Both the position numbers and the translations under genes were made by a program. A stretch of DNA of 58,268 nt, filler included, from Sphacelaria rigidula (Eukaryota), in NCBI GenBank assembly GCA_964200075.2. It is 4 parts of 4 records of this genome, joined end to end, with 100 filler letters (N's around TTAATTAATTAA, not from the genome) between each part and the next. Parts side by side here need not be neighbours in the genome. Positions count along the whole stretch, not along the records: positions 1 to 14,494 come from CAXNAA020002220.1; positions 14,595 to 29,086 come from CAXNAA020002221.1; 2 more parts are not named here. One strand, 5' to 3'. Positions 12,732 through 23,917 of the stretch are shown one piece after another (the first letter of the stretch is position 1; the number at the start of each line of letters is the position of its first letter). The notes beneath the pieces were generated by a model, which saw only the letters and a program-made list of their open reading frames with translations, did not search any database and was not told the origin of the DNA.

Positions 12732-12834
12732 CGCAGCGCACCTCGAGTCGGTCCTCCTCCAGCTCCATACTAAAGCCGGCAGCGTAAAACGTTTGAGGCG
12801 CTTTCCGTCGCCTATGTACGACTTGGCAGAATGA
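12732..12834 (+). CDS. Possible CDT1-like exon 4 (phase-compatible, ends at TGA)
   Basis: CCAG acceptor in phase 2, reading SAAHLESVLLQLHTK...DLAE*. No recognisable homology. Confidence 0.3.
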
Positions 12835-14494
12835 AAATGCCATTGTAGACACGGAGTTGCTCAAGTCTAGGGAGAATTCAGTCGACCAGGAATAATTGGA
12901 TGACTTCAATTACCCCGAGATGGATTGCTGTACAGCGCTGCGCAACGGTATCGATAAAATTCGATTTAGAGATAGACCGTTGTCGCTCACCTTATCGCTA
13001 ACCTCTCCATCCTGCCATCAATCCCCCCCGCCCACTTTTTTCGACACCCGACATGGTTGTTATCGTCAGCTACGTACCCATCGATCGAGACGTGTCGATC
13101 TCTCGAACGTGAACCTCTTGAATGCACCGCATTACTACACTGGAAATCGGCTCCAGGTGGCGTATTTTATGTCAAATCAGCAATTATTTGCCACAGTTTT
13201 TACAAGTATTCTCGCGGTCTCCGCTGTGACTCATCGGCTCATCTAATTCACGCTATAGCCAACAGCAGCCCAGTGATCCATGATCCTCGCACATACCTGC
13301 AACTTCTCAGCAGTGCCCACTTGCTGTTACAGCAAAACTTACTTGGCTTTCGGTTAGATTTGAGATCCGAGTAGTTTTGGACTCTGATTTGTTGCAACAC
13401 CGTTTGGCGCGTGTCCTACGGTCATCGACTGCTGAGCCACTGAGACCCACACCGTGACTTGAAAAAACAACAATGGAGAGGCCGCCGGCACCACGGCGTG
13501 GCTAGCCGAAAAATCGTCAACCCTTGGACCGCGAGGGTGAGTCATCTCGGTGTTGGAATCACATTTTTCAGGTGAATGTGAACGAGACGCCGCCGATTGA
13601 AGGAATATGACCTATTCTGGCGTTCCAAGGGGTGACAACTTTTTGGTTTCGCAAGTACTTGGGATTTCACATTCGAGCAAGTTAACTTGCCTCCTGTGTA
13701 GTCGTATGCGATGTAGAGACCATCCTGCACAAACTCATAGCACGTCCAAAACCAGAGCTTATCAACAGTTACTGCAGTGTCAAAAGTGTACTTGTTCCTG
13801 TGTGGCATTTCCCTGGTCCCTTGGCCGTGAAATGCGAGTTAGGGGTCCCCCCCTATTCCCTCGCCTTGCACCCCTAGAATATTCTGTACCCATTTTTCAA
13901 GGACTCGTCGTCAATGAGGCATTGACGCAACCGACGTCGATCATGAGAATTTCTTCCTGAGTACGGTTAGCGAGTGTCATTTTCGGTTATTGTCCTGACA
14001 TTTTTTTGTGTCCCGCATCCGCGTATGTGCATGCCGCAATCGTTTCTCGGAACTTGTCATAACTATCCATATATTTCCAAGAGCCACGTGTCTGACTCTC
14101 TCCGAATTGATATTTTGTACCATGTAATTCTTTGATCAAGCAGAGCCAAAGGGTAGTCCATCCTCTCGACCGCCCACCACACGCGTGGTGAATCTATGCG
14201 ATCAGAATCATGTTCACCTGGAAAAGAACAGTGCCAAATTCGTCTGTGCAATCTGTGGGCGCTGAAAAGGTCATCTCCCGTAGATGCTTGTATGTGGTAG
14301 GGTGTCAGTTAGGTGGAGCAAAGTCCTGGCTGTACTGAGCAAGTCGGGGCGAGCGTTGTTGATCTTTATCTGGATCGAAATGGTGACGTACACTCATAGG
14401 CACCACCCGGAAATCATGCGTACGTACCCCCCGGTTGCACGCCCCCCCCCACCACACACACCCCTAACTACTCCTTCAACCTGACCATATATTT

Positions 14495-14594
14495 NNNNNN
14501 NNNNNNNNNNNNNNNNNNNNNNNNNNNNNNNNNNNNNNTTAATTAATTAANNNNNNNNNNNNNNNNNNNNNNNNNNNNNNNNNNNNNNNNNNNN
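14495..14594. other. Artificial contig-join spacer (N run with TTAATTAATTAA)
   Basis: 100-bp spacer whose core has stops in all six frames. Confidence 0.97.
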
Positions 14595-15368
14595 GCGCTA
14601 CCTCTCCCAAGTCGCCCTAAAATGGCCGTTCATTGAGGAGTGTTTCTTGACGTGAAAAAAATATATATCCTACGACCGCCGGAGGCAGGGGTACATCAGG
14701 GCTGGAAATGACCAACCCCAACCCCTTACGAACCCCTTTTTTGGGCTCGATTTTTTAAACAAAAATATGTAACTTTCTTATAAACTCGTAAGTTGCCTTT
14801 TTTGTGCCGCGTTGGTTTCGAGGCGAGGTTTTGAGGTGCCAAATCATTCGTGCGCTGGAAGGCGACATGCACAGTGTATGTGCGCAATGAAAATACGTGT
14901 GGGGGCACGAGGGAGATGGGTGGGTGGAGGGGGAATATCCCGCCGACCCAGGTCACTTTCGACGGATGAATTCAATTTCTTTCTGCTGGGAATTTGTGCC
15001 GCCTAGTCGCAACCCATCTTGCACTCTTATTCATGTTATAAGGCGTAAGCAGCAAGCATGTTTCACGACATTTGCGTGTGACTCTTTTTACGCTGACCGC
15101 CGTGAAGGGTTGTGGTTGCTACAACCAGGACGAAACTTGTCTGACCCGCGGTCACTTTCGAATATAGCAATCGCAATCGACAATGGTATGGAGCTTGCGA
15201 GCCCTGGTGTACACTGCTGCATAATCGTGTTAGCAGGGAGACACTCATTCGCAGGCAGAAAACTACTCCAAGCAGTATCCATTCGTAAACACGCTAAGCT
15301 GGAGGCCCTGCAGGTCCCTGTATGGAATACGCCACCCGTATCACTACCTACTTGGACTACAGAGGCCT

Positions 15369-18174
15369 TCAAGAATCAAAAGGGAACCGTCTTTTCGCAA
15401 CCCTCAAACGTCCACGCTGGCTCCTAGGTTGCAGGACCGATTTATCCGCCTGCCCTGCTGTGCTTTCGACCGAACTGGACCTGCCACGCTTTTTACGCCC
15501 CTCGTGTACCCGCCTACCCCTTCCCGTGCTAATATTTTGCTGACTCTGCCCAAGATGATCGTCTTCTTTTTCTTGGTTTTTTTGTTCTTGTTCTCCTTCT
15601 TGTCCTTGTTCTTGTTCTTGCTCTTCTTGTTCGTCTTCGTTTTCGTCTTCGTCTTCGTCTTTGTCTTTGTCTTTGTCTTCGTCTTCGTCTTCTTCTCCCT
15701 CTTCGTCTTCCTCTTCGTCTTCCTCTTCGTCTTCCTCTTCTTTTTCTGCTTCTTCCTTCTCGCCCTCCTCCCCATCCTCGTCCTCCTCCCCATCCTCGTC
15801 TTCATCCCTGCTGTCATCCACACTGGCATCTGTGGAACTCGCCTCAATTGCAGCTCCCGTCTCGAGTTGCCGTCGCCCGTTCTGTCGTGTTCCCTCCAAC
15901 CAACCTCCTCGCCGTCTTGTGTGCCGTTTTGCGCGGTCTACCCCTTCCCGCCCTAGACTTCGGCTTCGAAGACTCCTTGAACGCGGCTAGTACAAGCTGT
16001 TTTTCCTCTTCGGATACAGTGTATTCCTGGACGAAAGCCTTGGCCTCGTCATCGTTCTGGAGCAGGGCGGACTTGTCAGCGTGTTCCGCAGCGACATGAT
16101 CGCCCATCCCGTACTTCCAGACGTATTGAGGTTACTCGCAAAACTTGCACAGCATGGGTAAGTTGGTTCAGGGAGTCGACTTGGTCGACACTTTCGCTGA
16201 AGACAGACGCAGGTGTACTACCTCACTCCGCATGTCCGCCCTGGGAGCGTAGCGACAATTAGAGAGGACGGTGCCGACCCCGTTACGCTTGGCGGGAGGC
16301 TTGATCGAGGACCGGCACTGCCCTGACCGGCCACAAAACCCGCAAAAACTCTTTTTCCGAAACTCCTTGCGCTGAAGCATGTGGCCGCCGACATGGTAGC
16401 GCATCTTTGTTATCTTCACCTCAACGTTACGGGTAGCACATGCAAGGTAATCGTTTGCGCTCCCCCCCCTGCACACAATGCAGAGTCGTCCAACGGACGG
16501 GAGTGCGTGAATTCCTCGTGAATAGGCAGTGGGTTCACGTCGCTGACCTGGTGCCGCCGCTGCCTTGGAAGGAAGCCCCAACCCTCCAGCCCATCAACGG
16601 CGCAAACAAGAGCGTCCGTCAGTCCCCGGAGCTCATCGCGGGTGAACACGAAGATTTTGAGGTTTCGATAACACCGCACGCACGCGCTGACGGGAATCTT
16701 ACTTGTGGTTCTCCGAATTCTTATGTCGTCGGACCACGGCTTCGGTCAGCTTTTTCACGTCTTCGGCGAAGACGTGATCGCACGGGTAGATCCACTCGCC
16801 GGCAGGGGTTTTTGTTGCTATGGTAGCAATCGGAAGCTCGGCTCCCTCATCCTGCGACTTTGTCGCGTTCCTATCGCACAAGTTCGAAACAACACGCAGG
16901 TCACACCGTCGAAGAGACAATGTTACAAGTTTAGGTAAAGGTGCATATGCATAGGTTGGGCACAGAGTTCATCAGCGTACTTTCCCTTGCGCGGCCTAAG
17001 CCGGACGATATGAACGGTTGGCTGTTTCACGGAGAAAGTGGAGGAACCACATCGCGAGAAATTCAAACCCTGACAAACAGAACGCACTTGTGCCTCGCAG
17101 ACGCCTCGTACTGTTTCAGCTGGGCCTCTCCCATTCCCCTCCCCGTACTGTCGAAAGGCTGCTTGCAAATCTTGCACTCCATTTCCCCTGGTCCAGTCTC
17201 CCGCAGAAGCCTCGCTACGACAGCTGCAACCGTTTCCTTTGCAGCAGATATCGATTGTCTGCTGGTGATAGCGCTGGTCGAGTTGGCAAACCCGAAGGAT
17301 AATTATTGATTGATTTGATTGATTGAATATCGCACTTTAACTGACCCCCCAGGGATGCAGCCGTGGTCACATGATAGACGTACCCAGTAAAAACGAGACT
17401 GGAAAAAATACTCGCTGTGGAAAAAGAAAAAGAAGGAAAAGTTATACCAAAAATCCGAGCAAAACGACACAGTAGGCTACGACGTGAAAAAAAGAAACAG
17501 AAAGGGAAGGGGAAGTAAAAATAAGATAAGAGAAAAAAATAAAAAGCAGACGAAATGATGCGGGAGGCTAAAGGATTTTCCTGTCAATATTTTCTGCGCC
17601 TCGACGGCACGTCAACTAAGCGACCCCGCTTCTCTCGTGTGGCGGGTGACAAGCCGATCCATTACCCGATCCAAATGAATTGAGAAGGTGAATTGCAATG
17701 AAGGTAGGTCGCAGTGTAGCGCGCGTATGACATTGACTTGTTACGGTATGGTTCGAGAAATACACCGGGTTCAAAGCCAACCGAACTCCTGCAAAGTTAG
17801 AAACTGCACTACAGTATACCTTGCCGCAAACGGGTACTGGCAGTTTGTCGTGGACGAAAATGTCTCGGCCGCAGGGTGATGTGCAGACGCCAAAACCGCT
17901 GCGCTTCGCACACGTTGTTGTCGCATTGCTATTCATGTCACCGCATCGCCTGTAATCTCACCTTCACGGGCGTACCCCTGTTGTCCTACTCTTGTGTACC
18001 ATTACAACATGTTCTGTTCATTGCTTTCCTGTTCTGCTGCTACGACATCCAAACAAGCTCACCTTGCATCAGACGCGTTGTTGTTCTCGGTTTTGCATTC
18101 CTCCACTTCCCGTGAAGTGCCTGCACCAGCCGAGCTATCAGCCTCTGCTGCGGCGCTGGTGTCGGCCATCCTTT
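15369..18174 (-). pseudogene. Decayed, apparently spliced gene encoding Cys/His-rich (zinc-finger-like) domains and an acidic tail; probably transposon-borne
   Basis: One frame reads MRYHVGGHML..FCGFCGRSGQC..SNC..STP*TNLPMLCKFCE*PQYVWKYGMGDHVAAEH through two in-frame stops (16168-16170 and about 16132-16134). An E/D/Q-rich tract lies at 15560-15800. Exon-like segments occur at about 18063-18174 (MADTSAAAEA..., GTGAG donor) and 17820-17949 (Cys-rich). Confidence 0.55.
17308..17640 (-). mobile_element. Non-LTR (LINE/SINE-like) 3' end with an (AATC)n tail, inserted in the pseudogene
   Basis: The minus strand is T-rich and UTR-like, ending in TCAATCAATCAAATCAATCAA. The 5' boundary is approximate. 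Confidence 0.45.
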
Positions 18175-18544
18175 CAGCTGATGCACGTTGATTGCGGTCC
18201 GCTGCACTACCTACTGTAACTATGCAGACCTGGTGCTTGGCAGATTCAGAATGCCCCTCTTCTTTACTTTTTCCCCTTCACACTTGATTGCAAAATCAGC
18301 TGAGCCCGTTGGTCAGGGAGAACACATACGACCGTACACTGTGCGGATCTATGTATGCTTCTGTCACGTTGAAAACACACTGCGTCTCACCACCCAAGCT
18401 CTACCCAGTATCTCAAGCAACACTGAAGAGGACCACACTCGCTGAAATGTGTAAAATCTGTACAGGTCGACGTCCAGATTCGGCACGTGTAAATGTTTGA
18501 CCGTGCTCCAGTGTCTATACAGTCATCCAATGATGATCAAACCG

Positions 18545-18640
18545 TACACTAACATCAAGTATTCTACTTACACACTAAATTCAAGTATTTTTACTACACT
18601 AAGATCAAGTAGTTTACGACTACACTAAAGTCAAGTAATT
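18545..18640. repeat. Short tandem repeat, about 4 units of 22-26 bp (ACACTAA..TCAAGTA)
   Basis: TCAAGTA recurs four times, each preceded by ACACTAA. Confidence 0.7.
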
Positions 18641-18758
18641 AGCGCGGACTTGCCGCCCGACGCCCAACCCCCCCCGCCAAACCCCCTTTTTCTTTTTTTT
18701 TCTCGATTTTTTAGGATTTGGGGGGTTCTGTTCCATGAAAAATAATATTGATGTACCC

Positions 18759-19871
18759 TTGGCTGAGACCGGGTATTACCACTTGCTGCACCGTCCATTG
18801 TCCCGTCCACAAGTCGTGGACTAGTTTAGTCGGCACATCCCCGTGTACAAGGGAGCTATCGGACTCCTTTACTAAAATCAGATCCCCTACCTGAGCTCGC
18901 GACCCCACCGACTGGCGACTCAGCTCGGCATTTCTAGCCAATCTTACCTCTTCCCTTCGCTTGTGGCGTTGGGTCAGCAGCTCGTGAGCTTCCTTCAGGT
19001 TTTGGCGTTGTTATTCCACCGTGTTGTTCAACGGTGGAGACTCATCCGCTTCAGGTGACACAGCGTCTATTTGGGTGCGTCGCTCGCGCCCAAAAAGCAG
19101 CTTGAATGGAATCGAGTTATTAGGCAATGAAGGATCGGGAGTAGTACGGTGAATCCATACAGCGGGGTCTACGTACTCATCCCACCTCTTCCGCCATTGC
19201 TTACAAAGCTCGGCCAAAACGTCGTGCAACCATCCTCCGTACCTCTCTATCGCGCCTTGACCGCTCTAGGGTGCTCTGCCGGACCATGATCCAGCTTCAC
19301 CTTCATCCACTGGCATACATGCTTCCGACGTGAACTCCCCCCCAGCGTCACTCCTTAAAAAGTAGGGTACCCCAAACGTCAAGAAGAGCTTCAGCAGGCA
19401 TTTCGCTACGGGTACCGTGAGCTTGGCAGCCAATGGGGGAGCAAAGAGAAACTTGGTTGCTCGATCCACGATGATCAACAAGTACCTGTTGCCCGAGGCG
19501 GAAACCTGCTTCATGTTCGATATGTCCATCTCTAACACCTCCCATGCTCGCAGAAATCGGGCAGGCCGCATTGCTAGGGTGTGACTGTTGGTACGCTTGC
19601 GTCGACGACATCCACAAGATAACACATATTTGCGAGTATCGGCGAAAAGAACAGGCCATTCGTACCGTGCGTTGACTACTGCAGTCGTCCTCATTACTCC
19701 AGCGTTTCCATGCGTAGTGTGCACCCACGCCAGCAGCCCTGGCACTAGGCTGCGTGGGATAGCTAACTTGGCTGGCTCCTTAGGGGAGGTGTACCATAGA
19801 AGATTATTCTCATCTAGCACATACGCATCGCGCCTCTTGCTAACTCCTTCATCCTTAGGCTCCTTTCTCAA
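18759..19871 (-). pseudogene. Gypsy integrase (frameshifted)
   Basis: Zn-binding region HTTHGNAG..RYEWP..SCGC. Catalytic core EMDIS, LIIVDRATKF, FGVP..LRSDAGGEF. Then WDEYVDPAVWIHRTTP..PFKLLFGR and the C-terminal VGDLILVK..KL...WTG.W.V. Confidence 0.92.
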
Positions 19872-20159
19872 CCTATCCTTGATGGGTCCCAGACGGAAGT
19901 CCGCTCTTGTAATAAAACGAGTTGTGATTTGTCCGTCAGGATCGCCCGCGTTTGTTCGAGAACGGTTCTAGTGTTAACTTTACCTGGTACTGGCTCATCA
20001 GCTGAGGCCTCCCCCCCACCAGAGTCCTGGTACGACTTATGTGCCGCTTCGGGAACCGACGAGCGCGTTACTGCGGCTCCCCACGTCTCTGGCAACTCAT
20101 CCTCAATCGGCCATATCGCCGCTAGCGCACTTAAACCTACGTCCTCACTCCTAATCCGA

Positions 20160-21070
20160 GTCAAGCTCAACCAACCTTTTGTTTCCAAGCTTGATAAAAC
20201 TGCCCCTAACATCCGCGGATGAACGAAACTAGCCACAATATCTAGCATAGCATCGGGGTTCACCGTTGGTGGAGTCTCGCAGTGGTCGAGGGTGGTCGCG
20301 ACTCTGACGAAGTCGACTCTTTCCAACTCTACTGCTTCCTCCCGTACCCCTGCGTCCGCCCTGTGGGTGTAAATTCCTCGCGCCGAGGTTTCCCTCTCAT
20401 CAGCCGAGAACGGGTTAACCTGGGCATCGGATCCTCGAAACTATGAATAGCCTTGCCTTGCCCCGTCGGCTCCAAGAAATAGGTGCTAGTCCGCCCAAAG
20501 AGCTGGCCCAACGGGGGGCAGGTTAGAGCATACGCTTCTACTCGCTGCCTCAATGCGCGCAGTGACTCTTCCACCCGCCAACCAGCCTTCAGAGCGACCA
20601 CATAGGTCCGTCGCTTCCTGTACGGGGCACCCACGTGCACGGCTGATATAGAAGCCTGCTCAACGCAGCAACCGACTCCGTTCAGCAACGGAGCCACGTT
20701 CTCCGTCCAATTCGGAGAGTGTACCATCACACCCGTACTTTCCAAGATCAGCGTTGTCGTCGAGACTGAGGAGAGGAACGTCTCGACCAATTCTCGGACA
20801 CCATCTGCGGATTCCAACTCTCCCGCACGTTTATCAACGGAAGCAACCCTACTCATATCTTCTACCAGCACTTCTGGTTGCACCTCTTCCACCAGATTGT
20901 GGAAAGAAGGGCACCCTGGAGCCGTACGTACCAGCTTGACTTCCTTCCCAATTTGGTTCATTCTGACACAATTCAGCGCCTTCTAATTTGCATCAGTAGC
21001 TGCTACCACCTCCAAGAACTTCTCCGCGGCAAGAATGTTTCCCCCGCCTCCACAATGGACAATCAAAGGG
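20160..21070 (-). pseudogene. C5 cytosine DNA methyltransferase-like domain within Gypsy pol
   Basis: Motif I-like LIVHCGGGG (HCGGGG at 21057-21040) and motif II-like VVAATDAN*KAL..VRMN. Motif VI-like LILEST, motif VIII-like GAPYRKRRTYVVA (20631-20593), motifs IX/X-like ELERVDFVRV...IVASFVHPRMLGAV. No Pro-Cys at motif IV. Confidence 0.75.
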
Positions 21071-21339
21071 GGGGGGTCGTTGCTTAACCGGTCCTGCCAC
21101 AGGGTTCTCTGAGTCAACCCTGTCCCTTGTTTCCGGTGGATACAACGCGCTGACCTCCTCCAACGCCAATGTCATCACATGCGCGGATTCCCTCGGGTAC
21201 CCAGCCTCCAACTCCTTCAGTAACATCCCGTCCAGTTTGGGTCCTTGCGGTCCTCCTCCTCCGCCGGGTCCGGCTTCGGTATCATCGTCAGGGAATGAGA
21301 CGTCAATGTCACTTCCCCGGGGTTGGCTCCCTTGCAGCC

Positions 21340-21919
21340 GAGATAGGGCGTCCGGCAACTGGTGTTCGCGTCCAGCCCTCCACTTGAGGACCATATCATA
21401 CTCCATCAATCTTAGCGCCCACCGGTGGAACTTAGGCGACAAGTTCTGACTACGAAACAGCCATGCCAACGCACTGCAATCCGTAACCAGAGTAAACTCT
21501 CGCCCCCATAGGTACGATTTGAATCGTTCCACGGACCACAAAACAGCGACTACTTCTCTCTCTGATGCTGATCTTTTTTCATCTGCCCGCGACCATCTAT
21601 GACTAGCGTATTCGATTACCGATTCCCTCTCATCCGCCTCCTGGGACAGGGCGGCCCCTGCTGCGAACTCGGAAGCGTCTGAATGTAGCACGAACCGTTC
21701 ATTCCAATCCGGGTACGCCAAGATCGGATATGATATCAGAGCGCTCTTCAAGTCAAGGAAGGCTTGTTGCTGCTGTTCCCCCCACGGAATTTTCATCCTC
21801 CGCGCTCGCTTAGAAGCGAACCGCGGGTCACGCAGCAAGTCTGTGAGCGGTGTTGCCGTGTTACTGTACCCCTTTATGTACCTCCGAAGATATCCAGTCA
21901 TACCTAAGAACGACCTTAG
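21340..21919 (-). pseudogene. Gypsy RT connection and RNase H
   Basis: LRSFLGMTGYLRRYI, PILAYPD..RFVLHSDASEF, EREVVAVLW, FTLVTDCSAL, RWALRLMEYD..G..H..PDALSR. Confidence 0.95.
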
Positions 21920-22640
21920 CTATTCTACCCTCTGCGGCTCCCTCAACTGAGCGATAGCTTCAATCTTAGACTGGGAGGGTCGTATTCCCGATGCGTCGAT
22001 CGTCATCCCTACGAAGTCCTGTTGCTGAGTGCACCATTGTGATTTCTGGAAATTCACAGAGAGGTCAGCCTTCAGCAAGCAATAGAGCACAACTCTCAAC
22101 CCCGTTATGTGGCTGGCGAAAGTCGTACTAGACCACAAGATATCATCCAACCAGTTCTTGACACCCCGCGCCGGCAACAACGCTTCAGATACTGTTCGGT
22201 GAAATGTCGCGGGTAGTACCTTGAGTCCGAGTCCACAACGTTGATAGTGCCATAAGTGCCCCCTCGCATCGCGAAAGGCGGTAAGATGTCGGTCTTCTTT
22301 CGCCACTTCCAACTGGAAAAACCCACTCGCTAAATCCACACTCGTAAAGTACTTGGATCCCGCTAGGCCACTATACATGGTCTGCATACCCCCCAAACCA
22401 ACACTATACGACTCGAGAAGTTCGTTTAGCCCACGATAATCCTGACGCAACCGTAAACTACCGTCCTTCTTCCGCACCGTGACGCAAGAAGCTGCCCATG
22501 CGGACGTCAACGGCTCAATGATCCCCCGCTCCGCGAGTTTCTGGATCTCGTCGTGTATAGCAGTTTCTTGTTCCGGCGAGTATCGTTTAGTACCAGCAGC
22601 GAATGGCCGGCACCGGGGGTCTTTCAGTCGTAGATGCAAT
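21920..22640 (-). pseudogene. Gypsy reverse transcriptase
   Basis: VRKKDGSLRL..DYRGLN, YFTSVDLASGFFQ, DRHLTAF, GLK..PATF, WLDDIL, VNFQKS. Confidence 0.95.
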
Positions 22641-23459
22641 GGCTCCCCACGCGCTGCTTTCACCCGCTTGGGGCCCACCGCGAACAGACCTGCTTCGTTG
22701 AAGTCTCTCAACACGGATAACAGCTGGGTCTCCTGCACCGAACCCAACTGGCTCATGTTCGCCTCCGTGAGATCTACTCCTGTGGCCCCAGTTGTGTCCT
22801 TCTCCACTTTCGTTGGTTCCGGCGGCGGTTGGGGAGGGGCTGGCGTAGTCCCTCGATCCTCCAGCCCCGACTTCAGCGTAGTTTCCGTGTCGGACACATA
22901 AAGATTTTGCAACCGCTCGCGATCTCGAACATTCACGGCCACAACCTTCGCCACTACCATATCTTTCTTCACTAGGCGAGTACTCTTGGCCGTGTTGACC
23001 ACCTTACATACTAACGGCAACTGTGGGTCCCACCACTGCACTCCCCTGGCTACCCCTATCTCGGCTTCCTCATCTAAATAGAACAAATTTCGAGGTTCGA
23101 TCAACACGAGTTGACGTTCCTATGGTTGAGGACCTCGCACATAGCCTGGAACTAGCTCGCTAACGAAGCCTTCTAACCTTGCGTCCTCCGTCAGCCGCAG
23201 AAGCCACTGAAGTGTAGCGTCGTCCTCCCACGCCGCTCCCAGGCTCTTCCACACCTCATCCCATGCTGCCAGATCGCTCTCTTCTGACAATACCCCCGTC
23301 GGGTCGTCGCTGAGCGCGCTTGGCTTGACAGCATAGAAGAGATTCCACCTGGCCGAATCCCCTTGGCCGGTGAGGTGATCGGTGTCAGCAGCTCCGAGTT
23401 TTGGTGAACCATTAGACACGAATCTTACCCACGGAGCCTCAGGCGAAGGTCGAAGTCCT

Positions 23460-23881
23460 GATCGACCTTCAAAAGACAGTGTACTCTTGTTCCTTCTAAA
23501 GAAACTTGCCCCCAAAATAAATCCGTACGGCAATCCATCGACCATCCTGACCCATACTTTCCTTATTCTATCCTTTGGGTGGAACCGAATCGGGATTGCC
23601 GTTGACCGTAGAATCTTCATCGGTGGCGTCCGGCTGTCACCAGGGTTTGCTGCCCTCTAAAATCCTGCTCCCTGACGCTGCAGCTTGCCTGTGATATTAC
23701 CCCACGTCACCAACGACTTCCACCACTGCTTCGATGCATAGCTACCCCCCCCCGCCCCGGTGTCCAGTAACACCGTTACTGGCAAACCGTGGCTACTTTT
23801 ACTGTGGTGCCAAACTCTAGCTTGCACCCACAGTTGCTGTGCATCGCTACCATTTATAGCTGACAAACTATCCACGTACAC
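23460..23881 (-). pseudogene. Gypsy aspartic protease
   Basis: VLLDTGAGGGSY active site and the GLPYGFILGASFF motif, in one frame across a TAG at 23657-23659. Confidence 0.85.
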
Positions 23882-23917
23882 GCTGTCCCCCGGGGACTGT
23901 GGCCCCAGGGCGCACCT

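Noticed and set aside
15404-15990. Poly-FV, poly-KT and poly-S ORFs
   Set aside because: These are alternative-frame and antisense readings of one low-complexity acidic repeat.
20695-20703. ENV in WTENVAP as methyltransferase motif VI
   Set aside because: It sits too close to motif VIII and within what looks like the following helix. LILEST, 13 residues upstream, fits the expected spacing better. An alignment is needed to be certain.
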